The notes beneath the pieces were generated by a model. The model searched no databases. It was not told the origin of the DNA and saw nothing but the letters and a program-made list of their open reading frames with translations. DNA of 52,510 nucleotides, counting the filler, from Basidioascus undulatus (taxonomy: Eukaryota), in the NCBI GenBank assembly GCA_000826855.1. It is 4 parts of 4 records of this genome, joined end to end, with 100 filler letters (N's around TTAATTAATTAA, not from the genome) between each part and the next. Parts side by side here need not be neighbours in the genome. Positions count along the whole stretch, not along the records: positions 1 to 13,076 come from JTLS01000846.1; positions 13,177 to 26,239 come from JTLS01000848.1; 2 more parts are not named here. One strand, 5' to 3'. Shown in pieces: positions 6,979 to 14,904 of the stretch (its first letter is position 1; each line of letters starts with the position of its first letter). The translations under genes were made by a program, and so were the position numbers.

Positions 6979-9135
6979 TCACAGCCCATCTGAATAAGAT
7001 AAGATAGTGGCAAGGTTCCCAACACCTGCAGGGACGCAGAAGTGCTTGATCTCAGCCAGCGCTACTTCGAGGACGGCTGTCCTACTGTACGGAACAACCG
7101 CGTCAGGCTCTATGTTGTCCAGGTCCACCGACTGGCGCGTCCCATCCTTGGCAATGTACTGGTAGCACATGGTCCCCTCGATGCGGAGAACCTTCGAGAC
7201 CTGTGAGATGTTCAGCTTACCCCTGCGCGCCACGTGCTCTGCCTCTTCTATAATTGAAGCCACAGCTACTCTCTTGGCCAGGAGGGACTCCTTGCTGAGA
7301 AGTACACTAAGGATGTCGCCCGCTACCTTCCTTGCGTAACCCACCCTGTCCTTGCGGTTGTACGAGATGCCCTTACGAACCTCCTTGCCATCTGAACGAA
7401 TGTACGCGTAATGTTTCTTGCCGAGGAGAAGCATGGATTCAATCGATGCCTCAACTTCCATGGCAGCACTCTTCATCCCTGCGAACTCCATGATACGCTT
7501 AAGAATACGGTTCGCGTCCGCTGCGTGAGCCATTGCCGAGCCTGCGTACCTCCTGTCCGTCACACTCGTTCTCTTTAGGAAGCATGAGTCAGTATCTCCA
7601 TATACGACCTCCAGACCGCACATGGAGAAGACGTACGCTGCGAGGGCGAGACTCCACCTTCCTGCTAGAGTAACGCATGAGGCCGCGTGAGGGCTGTAGA
7701 TGGGAGCATAGCGGAACCCGAGGGCCCCGTACATGCTGTTGGACAAGACCTTGATGGCGTTCGAATACGGGGGATTGCTGCGATGCTGGGCACGCAGCCT
7801 GGTGAGGTACTCCAGTGCTCTGGACATTACGGGAGACTCCAATCTACTGAGAGACACCACGTTGTCACCGATCGCCACGGTGGTCGCCGAGTCAGTCCAC
7901 GAGAGCCACCCCGTGCCCTGGCCCACCCCGCCTATGGGCGTCACTACTGCCGACTCTGGTGATATGCCCAGGTCGATCATGATGGTGGGGTACATGGACT
8001 TGAAGTCGACAAGTACGAGATCGCTATGCATGCCCCTTACCGGAGGGAGGACGAGACCACCCTCTATCTCCATCTCTATGTCGCATCTAGTCCAGTCCAT
8101 GGCAAGTCCCTGGGCGAAGCAGTAGGATGATATCGCACAGGCAGCCATCGTGCCAGTGACATACCTTGCCACGTCGAGCAGGCAGGAGCATGCGGCCACG
8201 CAGAGACCAACGAGTTCCCGCTCTACCCGTAGGTGATCCCAGATCTGTAGAGCGACGACGCAATCGTTGACGTTGTACTCCAGCATGTCCTCCATGTACC
8301 CCGGGTCTGACGCCTCGAGGGGCATGTGGGTCTTCGGGGCCACGTTACACACCTCCGCCACGGAACTGAGCTTCAGGGAGGGAAAGCGCGACCTGTGTAC
8401 CTTGTCCAAGTAGATGAAGAGATCTACATTGTTCACCCCTATGATGTCAAGGTAGAAGGAGTACACAGGGCCGCCCTTGGATCCGTTGTTAATGGGCACG
8501 AACTGGGACACTCTCAACCGGGGTGCGTGGTAGAGAAGACGTGAGTTGTCGAAGTTGTAACAGTTGTATCCGATGAGCCACGCAGGCATGTGGGTCTCCA
8601 TATCTCTGATGAACTCCTCCACGAGTAAGGTGGAGTCGTACACCCTCCGCGAATGGGGAGCCTTCGTAGGACCGCCCGTATACCACGATGCCTTGTGTCC
8701 ACAGCTGCACACCACTGACATGCAGAGTATCCTTGCGTGAGGAGGGGGCAGTCCACCCTTGTCCCTTGTCGACATTTCGGTCTCGATATCGTACGACGCT
8801 ACACACGTCTTGGGGGCCGGCCTGGGAGGAAACCCCAGACCCGGTTCTGCCGACCCTCCGATGACGATGCCCAGGCATGAAGCTTCCCTCATCGCCCTTA
8901 GTCTCGGAGAGCACTGCCATACCAGAGATGAAGGTCCCGCCTCTCCGTCAGCCTCAAGCCTGGGTATCACAGGAAGGTCCGATACTGAGCCGTCCTTAGA
9001 CACGTCAATCTCCTCCACGACATCGCCTGTATCGCCCGTAAACCTGACACGGAGATTGCCTGCGTCGTCCGAGCCCGTCCAGGAGATGTACGCTCCCTGC
9101 GATAGTTTGTGCCTCACGTGTGCGAGACCGCTCAT
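6979..9135 (-). CDS. Family B DNA polymerase with 3'-5' exonuclease, RNA-primed type (~718 aa)
   Basis: ExoI YDIET, ExoII GYNCYNFD, ExoIII YNVNDC, motif A DFKSMYPTIM, motif B KVLSNSMYG, motif C YGDTDS, KKHY. B-to-C spacing is short, with no evident TPR insert. First ATG at 9135. Confidence 0.95.
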   Translation of the reverse strand: MSGLAHVRHKLSQGAYISWTGSDDAGNLRVRFTGDTGDVVEEIDVSKDGSVSDLPVIPRLEADGEAGPSSLVWQCSPRLRAMREASCLGIVIGGSAEPGLGFPPRPAPKTCVASYDIETEMSTRDKGGLPPPHARILCMSVVCSCGHKASWYTGGPTKAPHSRRVYDSTLLVEEFIRDMETHMPAWLIGYNCYNFDNSRLLYHAPRLRVSQFVPINNGSKGGPVYSFYLDIIGVNNVDLFIYLDKVHRSRFPSLKLSSVAEVCNVAPKTHMPLEASDPGYMEDMLEYNVNDCVVALQIWDHLRVERELVGLCVAACSCLLDVARYVTGTMAACAISSYCFAQGLAMDWTRCDIEMEIEGGLVLPPVRGMHSDLVLVDFKSMYPTIMIDLGISPESAVVTPIGGVGQGTGWLSWTDSATTVAIGDNVVSLSRLESPVMSRALEYLTRLRAQHRSNPPYSNAIKVLSNSMYGALGFRYAPIYSPHAASCVTLAGRWSLALAAYVFSMCGLEVVYGDTDSCFLKRTSVTDRRYAGSAMAHAADANRILKRIMEFAGMKSAAMEVEASIESMLLLGKKHYAYIRSDGKEVRKGISYNRKDRVGYARKVAGDILSVLLSKESLLAKRVAVASIIEEAEHVARRGKLNISQVSKVLRIEGTMCYQYIAKDGTRQSVDLDNIEPDAVVPYSRTAVLEVALAEIKHFCVPAGVGNLATILSYSDGL

Positions 9136-9142
9136 CTGTAGC

Positions 9143-9173
9143 GTGGAAGGACAACTGTCCGTTGGACTGCCAC
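9143..9173. promoter_or_regulatory. Symmetric GTGG-N5-CAAC-N5-GTTG-N5-CCAC bidirectional site between PolB and the first APH-like gene
   Basis: gtgg aagga caac tgtcc gttg gactg ccac in the 63-nt divergent intergenic gap. Confidence 0.6.
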
Positions 9174-9198
9174 TCACCAGCCGCGCCAGCCACTCGCC

Positions 9199-9945
9199 AT
9201 GCCCGATTCGACAGACCGCAGGCCGCGTGAGGAAGGATGCGTCGGTATCACGCACGAGAAGAAGTACTACGAGATAGACGTACACGGCACGAAGACCTTC
9301 GTCAAGCGCTCGTTAAGGCCAGAGGAATGGATGACCAATAGAGCTGGGAGGGTGATCATCCCCGACATCTGTATCCAGCGCTTGCGTAACGAGGCCGCGG
9401 CCATCCAATACATCAAGGAGAACACAGACATTCCGGTGCCTACAGTAAGGTGTGCATTCGAGGACGACAGGGCCTTCTACCTCATCACCGACTTCGTGGA
9501 GGGCGTTCGCCTTTGTGACCTTCCAGAGGAACAGAAGCCTTCTGTCATGGCAGAGGTAGAGAAACACCTGGAAACCCTGCGAAACCTCAAGTCCGGCAAG
9601 ATGGGGGGCCTTGCGGGTGATTGCTGCTTTCCATGGAGGATAGCTCGGCATCTGACGACACCCTTTCCCCCTAAGTACCGCGACAGTGAGGGGGAGGATT
9701 ACGTTTTCTGCCACGGCGATCTCTCGCAGCACAACGTCATAGTGGACCCCGAGACTCTGAAGATAAGGGCGATCGTAGACTGGGAGTATGCGGGCTTCTA
9801 CCCCCGCCAGATGGAGGGCCTCTTCTACAAGCGGGTCGGCCCCTCTGATGCCGTGGCCGACGAAGTGAGCGATGTACCCGAGATCCTGGCGCTACTTACC
9901 GACCTAGAGGTCAGGAGGACTCCGGTAAAGAAACAACAGAGTTGA
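9199..9945 (+). CDS. APH/choline-kinase-like phosphotransferase, fungal type (248 aa)
   Basis: TFVKRS, RLRNEAAAIQYIKENTDIPVP, Brenner motif CHGDLSQHNVIVD, IVDWEYAGFYP. Confidence 0.9.
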   Translation: MPDSTDRRPREEGCVGITHEKKYYEIDVHGTKTFVKRSLRPEEWMTNRAGRVIIPDICIQRLRNEAAAIQYIKENTDIPVPTVRCAFEDDRAFYLITDFVEGVRLCDLPEEQKPSVMAEVEKHLETLRNLKSGKMGGLAGDCCFPWRIARHLTTPFPPKYRDSEGEDYVFCHGDLSQHNVIVDPETLKIRAIVDWEYAGFYPRQMEGLFYKRVGPSDAVADEVSDVPEILALLTDLEVRRTPVKKQQS

Positions 9946-9971
9946 GACGCCATCGTTCTCCTCCTGGCCCA

Positions 9972-10133
9972 ATGTCCGTCCTTGCACGCTTCCTCCACAC
10001 TCTATTCGGCGCGAGGGTCGCGATCCCCAGCGGCCTCGTTCTTCACCCCTCTACCGTGGTGCGCTGCTCCACCTGTGGCGTCACTGTTTCGAGCACTCAG
10101 TCTGTCTGTCACAGCTGTGGCAACGCTCCGTAG
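9972..10133 (+). CDS. Small Zn-ribbon protein (53 aa)
   Basis: MSVLARF...RCSTCGVTVSSTQSVCHSCGNAP contains CxxC-x10-CxxC; preceded by CAAC-aga-GTTG at 9934-9944. Confidence 0.55.
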   Translation: MSVLARFLHTLFGARVAIPSGLVLHPSTVVRCSTCGVTVSSTQSVCHSCGNAP

Positions 10134-10157
10134 GCACGCACCACCCACCCCCACCCC

Positions 10158-10277
10158 GCCCCCTGTAGCACCCTAATCTCCTGTGCCACCACGTAGTCTG
10201 TTTGTTGTTGTTGCTGAGTGTCTGTTGGCATGTTACCCCTGTATTCGCCATACCCTAACCCCGCTACATACCCTCCC
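10158..10277 (+). repeat. Diverged 120-bp non-coding direct repeat, copy 1
   Basis: Begins with the exact 16-mer gccccctgtagcaccc and shares the tgttgttg, catgtt(a/g)ccc and cccta blocks with 12948-13067. Confidence 0.7.
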
Positions 10278-10311
10278 CAAAACCCTGCCGATCACAGGGC
10301 TGCACGCAAGG

Positions 10312-10332
10312 CAACAGGAGTTGAGCGGCCAC
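10312..10332. promoter_or_regulatory. CAAC-N4-GTTG-N5-CCAC upstream of the tandem APH ORF
   Basis: caac agga gttg agcgg ccac; the palindrome ends 25 nt before ATG 10349. Confidence 0.55.
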
Positions 10333-10348
10333 TCAGTAGGCAGCCAAC

Positions 10349-12823
10349 ATGTGTGACACGTGGACTGTGAAAGTTCCCCTTTACGACGACGCGGGCCTGC
10401 CCTTCGACATCACGGGTCTCCTTGTCGACACCGCTGATGGGCCTGTACTCGTCGTAAGGAGGCCTGGACTGACGGGCGCCCCGGGGCCTGCCGATGCGAC
10501 GACACTTAGGAAGCTGACTGAAATCCAGAGTATAGGCAAGCTGGTCCTTAAGGGTAAGCTCAAGCAGGATGTGGATGGGGTGCTGGCTACGTCGAACGAC
10601 CTCATCGCTAAGTTCTCAGGGAGTTGGACGTACGAGGCCTCGCTAGACCACTGGGACTCCGTGGCACTTGCGCTCCGGAGCAAAAGCATGATGCCGCCCG
10701 GGATGCTAGCACCCCCCAGGTGGCTGATCGACAGGTTCTTTCCCTGCCAGGCCGCCAGCTTTGAGGTGCTCCAGGACAACCCCGACACGTGTACCGGCCT
10801 GGTCTCTACAACGCTAGGCAGCAAGTACATCCTCCGTCTTGCCAGAGGTCGGGATAACGTGGAGCGTGCCCTCGCTACCGAGGCCCTGATGAGCCTGGCG
10901 CGTACCAAGGTGCCTGTCCCCAGAACAATAGACAGCTTCTGTTGGGAGGAGGACGGCAAGCCCCTCTGTGCGACAGTCGTTGAGTATGTCTACGGCTCCA
11001 CTCTCGAAGACGAGTGGGAGGAGCTCACCAGGGACGAGAAGCTATCGTACGTTGACCAGATCGTGGAGCTACTCGCCGGCCTCCATACGCTGAAGAGCGA
11101 CAGGCTTGCCCCCAACGACCCAAGGACCACGAGCGCCCTGGGCTTCCGCGAGGGTGACCCGCGCTGCTTCCCGGACACCAGGACGTGGCTGAAGGCCCTT
11201 GTTGAGTCATACTGGGGCAGCGAAGCTCCTCCCGCTGGGATCAGGGAGCAGCTGGAGGCCCTCGGTGCGCCGGAGCACCCCTACGTTCTGTGTCACAACG
11301 ACATGGAGCCTCGTAACATAATGGTGCGTGGTGGTAAGGTGGTGTCCATCATAGACTGGGAGTTCGCCGGCTACCAGCCTTTTATCTACGAGTGGGTGGT
11401 ACCTAGCACGGGGCTGGGCACAAGCTGCATCAACTACGAGTGGCACGTCATGTTCAGGCAGGCCGCTGCGAAACTTCTTCCGCGCGAAGACCCAGTTATG
11501 GAGCGGCTGATCCTTGACATCTTTAACGGGCTCTGGAACACCGTGTGGAAGAGGAGAAAGGTAGCCGGGTTCCGGCTGGCCTTCATGGCTAAGCACGGCG
11601 TCGTCGAGGGTGACCTGTGGAGGCCTCCTACCGCCGCCGGATCTATAACTGAGATGGGCGCTACCCAGACGCAGCCGGCGGAAGGCACCCCGAGACCGTA
11701 CACAGTCGGGAGTACAACAGAGTTGAAAAAGCCACGCTCATCCTCGAGCGCTTCGTTGGCCTTATACCCAATCACCCCTGTAGCGCAGTGGTCAGCAACC
11801 ATGAACGCCTCCGAAGGTAACGCGGAGTACCCCCTGCCGACCAAGATACCCAACGTGGATAAGCTTCCGCCGTTCGGGACTACCGACGAGGAAAGGGCCA
11901 TTAGAATTGCCGAGCTCGACAGGAGGGATGCCTACGACCCTATTGCGTCAGGGGCGATACGGGAGATTTACAAGTGTTCTGAGCGTAAGGTCATTTCCAT
12001 AGACGGTCGCTTCGTACTCAAGACGGCATCCACCGTGAACCCTGCAGAGCAGGGCAGTATAGATATTGTCAGGGCGCGTACCACAGTACCGGTGCCTGAG
12101 ACTATAGAAAGGTGGTACAACCCCGAGGCACGCAAGCACTTTGTGCTTGACCGGCAGATCAAGGGGACGACTATGCTTGAGGCCATGAAGACCATGTCGG
12201 ACGCGGAGGTGGAGGCTGTGATGGAGCAGCTCAGAGGCTATCTCGCGAGCATCAGGTCCATTACCTCGGGGTCTCTGCACGTGGCTGGGAGCACGCTGCT
12301 GCTTGACTACCACCTGTCCCACGACTACCTTGTCTTTACGGGCGACGATCAGTGCCACGCGTTCATAAACCAACTAATGCTCTCGGGGAAGGTCGACCTT
12401 CGGTCTCGCAAGGCAGCCGTGGTTAGAGCGTTGCATGACAAGCACCTGGAAAGGTACCCCGAGGACAGGACCACCTTCGTCATGACCCACGGGGACCTGG
12501 GCCCTTATAATGTCATGGTGGACGGCGGCGCTGTAGCCTGTGTCATTGACTGGGAAACGTCTGGGTTTATGCCGGCCTATTGGGAGAGGATAAAGTCGAT
12601 GACCAGCGGGGACCAATCGCGCGTGTGGAAGGTATCTTTGAGCAAGGGACTCCCTCCCTGCCCTGAGATGGAAGCCGCCACCAAACTAATGCGGGAGCAC
12701 ATCCCTCTCGGCGTGCTCAGCGACGAGGGCCAGCAGTGTTACATCTCTGCGGCTCTCCTCGTTTACGGAGAAGAGACCAACCCGGTCGGGGACGCACCAA
12801 ACGTTCATTGCAATGAAGCTTAG
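10349..12823 (+). CDS. Tandem double APH-like phosphotransferase (824 aa; possibly two genes, the second starting at ATG 11801)
   Basis: Domain 1: TEALMSLARTKVPVP, CHNDMEPRNIMV, IIDWEFAG. Domain 2: VRARTTVPVP, THGDLGPYNVMV, VIDWETSGFMPAYWE. A low-complexity linker separates them. Confidence 0.88.
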   Translation: MCDTWTVKVPLYDDAGLPFDITGLLVDTADGPVLVVRRPGLTGAPGPADATTLRKLTEIQSIGKLVLKGKLKQDVDGVLATSNDLIAKFSGSWTYEASLDHWDSVALALRSKSMMPPGMLAPPRWLIDRFFPCQAASFEVLQDNPDTCTGLVSTTLGSKYILRLARGRDNVERALATEALMSLARTKVPVPRTIDSFCWEEDGKPLCATVVEYVYGSTLEDEWEELTRDEKLSYVDQIVELLAGLHTLKSDRLAPNDPRTTSALGFREGDPRCFPDTRTWLKALVESYWGSEAPPAGIREQLEALGAPEHPYVLCHNDMEPRNIMVRGGKVVSIIDWEFAGYQPFIYEWVVPSTGLGTSCINYEWHVMFRQAAAKLLPREDPVMERLILDIFNGLWNTVWKRRKVAGFRLAFMAKHGVVEGDLWRPPTAAGSITEMGATQTQPAEGTPRPYTVGSTTELKKPRSSSSASLALYPITPVAQWSATMNASEGNAEYPLPTKIPNVDKLPPFGTTDEERAIRIAELDRRDAYDPIASGAIREIYKCSERKVISIDGRFVLKTASTVNPAEQGSIDIVRARTTVPVPETIERWYNPEARKHFVLDRQIKGTTMLEAMKTMSDAEVEAVMEQLRGYLASIRSITSGSLHVAGSTLLLDYHLSHDYLVFTGDDQCHAFINQLMLSGKVDLRSRKAAVVRALHDKHLERYPEDRTTFVMTHGDLGPYNVMVDGGAVACVIDWETSGFMPAYWERIKSMTSGDQSRVWKVSLSKGLPPCPEMEAATKLMREHIPLGVLSDEGQQCYISAALLVYGEETNPVGDAPNVHCNEA

Positions 12824-12924
12824 CGTTACCTCCCTCATCAATGCCTGGAACTGTAAGTGTGGCACCAAACATGACGGGCACCACGGTATGTAGCAACTGT
12901 GGCGGACCTACCGCCGCCGGGTGA
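12813..12924 (+). pseudogene. Frameshifted small Zn-ribbon ORF (putative paralog of 9972-10133)
   Basis: MKLSVTSLINAWNCKCGT in one frame and NMTGTTVCSNCGGPTAAG* in the +1 frame; removing one A near 12867-12869 gives WNCKCGTNMTGTTVCSNCG. Confidence 0.4.
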
Positions 12925-12947
12925 GCAGCGGAGCGTAGCACCCTACG

Positions 12948-13067
12948 GCCCCCTGTAGCACCCCCAGTCTCCCCTGTACCACCATGCACCCCGTAATGTT
13001 GTTGAACGCCTGTATGACCATGTTGCCCAATACCCGTCTGCGCCCTAGCTCTGCTGCACGCCCACCC
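12948..13067 (+). repeat. Diverged 120-bp non-coding direct repeat, copy 2
   Basis: Same 2790-nt offset from copy 1 at both ends; exact gccccctgtagcaccc at 12948-12963. Confidence 0.7.
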
Positions 13068-13076
13068 ATTCAACTA

Positions 13077-13176
13077 NNNNNNNNNNNNNNNNNNNNNNNN
13101 NNNNNNNNNNNNNNNNNNNNTTAATTAATTAANNNNNNNNNNNNNNNNNNNNNNNNNNNNNNNNNNNNNNNNNNNN
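13077..13176. other. Artificial contig linker
   Basis: 100 nt of N with a central TTAATTAATTAA (stops in all six frames). Confidence 0.98.
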
Positions 13177-14047
13177 AACAGCGTCAGCGCGTTCCAGCCC
13201 AGCCTAAACCTAGCAGGACCCACCTTGCCTAACCGCCTCATCCTCCAGAATGTCGAAGTGGCTGAACTGAACGCCCTCGTCGCGCAAGAGCTTGACCGTC
13301 TGCCTGCTAAACCCGCACCGCGGCGCGTCCGGCTCACCCTTCATGAACACCATGACCTTGCTCTGGTTCATGATCTGACGGCAGCGCTCGTTCAGCTCCG
13401 CCTCGGACTCCTGCGCCTGCTGCGGGATGGACGCCGGCGGCGCGGCGGGTGCGGCGTTCGTCCGGGACTGCGCGGTGGTGGCGGCGGGGGAGCGAGAGTG
13501 TGTGGCGACGGATTGGGCGAGGGCGGAGGCATTCGCGCCGGAGATGCGCTCGAGGAGAGTGTGGCCCTTTAGGGACAAGGCGCGGTCAGCCCGGCTGCGG
13601 ATGCGGAGAAGAGCAGGATGGGACTCACTCGCAGCAGAACGAACGAAGGCACCGCCTCAACCTCGAACGTCTCCGAGATGTCCGGCAAAGACTCCGCCTC
13701 AATCTGAACACCCCAACGCAATCAGACACATTTCCGTCAGCCGACACTGTCTCGCCACCGCCGCCCTGCGGCGGCACATGGTGAACGACGGACGCACCTG
13801 CAGGAACAGAACAGTGGGGTATTTCGCCGCCAGCTCCTTCACCACCTCGTTCATTTGCGTGCACGGCGCAGCCCATGGCGCCCAGAAGTTGAGCACGGCA
13901 GGGCGCGACAGGTCGGCGTTCAGCAGAGCCTGGAAGTGCTCCGGCGAGGTAACTTCGACGCTGTACCCCACGCCCAAAGCATCAGTGAGATCGGTTCATA
14001 TATCCGAGTCATACCCAAAGCATAACGTACAGGTTCTGCGCAGACAT
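13177..14047 (-). CDS. GRX4: Monothiol glutaredoxin Grx3/4 (Trx + Grx domains), spliced, 3' end cut by the contig edge
   Basis: MSAQNL|VEVTSPEHFQ...NFWAPWAAPC Trx-like domain, then FMKGEPDAPRCGFSRQ and FDILEDEAVRQG; GT-AG introns. Confidence 0.92.
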
Positions 14048-14904
14048 GGCGTTATGAATTTCGGGAGGAGGTCTGTGACGACGGTGATAGCGGAGAAGGA
14101 AGGCGTGCGCGACTTGCGAGAGCGAGCTCGGCCAGCTGACGACGTCAAGTTGACTCAGCATCGTCTTAGCAGCCACTTTCAGGGCAACTTGTGTTTTCCA
14201 GCAGACGATAACACGGGTCGAGGAGAGTAACTGGGGAATCTCTTTAAATCAGTCAGAAACACAACTGAAAGGCATGGCGACATTATCCGATCACCCGCCC
14301 CGGCTTGGATTGGTAGCAGTCTCTTCGTCGCAGAAACAGCCTTAGAACAGAAGTATGAACACCATCCCGCACACCGAAAGGAGGTCTACATCGGGAGTAG
14401 ACTGAAAAAAGAACTGATTAAAGCCCCCATAGCTTCCTGTCCCGTCCTTGACGGATTATCTCAACTTTCCTGTCCTGACCCGATGCGCCCAGAGCGAAAG
14501 AGTAACGACCACAACAACCAGCGAAACAACAAGACTTCCGCCGCTGTAACGTTCACGATATCCTGGTGGTCAGCCACAGATTCAGACCTCTCAAGATATT
14601 CCGGGCTCACAAGATCAAAGCATGGTACTTCCACGCTGTCGCCGGCGTGATGCCGATGCGGGTGACCGCGATTGCCCAAGGCAGGCAGTATCCGAGATTC
14701 GAAACGAAAGACTGGTACAGATACCTTGTGATATGACGGCAGTCAGTTTCAAAACCAAGGGGCGGAAGGGAAGGGGTTTACGCACAGCGCGGGCGGGTAG
14801 ACAGCAGAATGGTGCACAGTTGAGTTGAAATGCCGTAGCAGATATAGCACTTCATTCGGGGACCAACCCAATCAGGCCGGGACTATGCACGAGGGCTAGG
14901 AGTA

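Larger units (their letters stand above)
1..13076. mobile_element. Virus-like/plasmid-like DNA element with its own replication and transcription genes (PolB, Rpb1-like RNAP subunit, SF3 helicase, candidate SSB) plus kinase and Modin cargo
   Basis: Intron-free, tightly packed ORFs on both strands (gaps mostly 3-200 nt), unlike the intron-rich fungal contigs. Hallmark PolB, RNAP and SF3 motifs are present, and a shared upstream palindrome precedes the genes. The contig may be incomplete. Confidence 0.85.

Noticed and set aside
6979..9135. Polinton/Maverick or pGKL-type linear plasmid assignment
   Set aside because: The PolB shows no terminal-protein region or TPR inserts, and no integrase, protease, capsid or terminal inverted repeat is seen.
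5149..9135. Host Pol II/Pol III subunit or Pol delta/zeta genes
   Set aside because: They are far too short and divergent, intronless in an intron-rich genome, and lack the CTD and C-terminal Cys motifs.
10158..13067. CRISPR-like array
   Set aside because: Only two distant, diverged copies with no regular repeat-spacer periodicity, and no cas genes.
13121..13132. TTAATTAATTAA as a biological repeat or piggyBac TTAA target site
   Set aside because: It is embedded in N runs three times identically; it is a synthetic six-frame stop linker.
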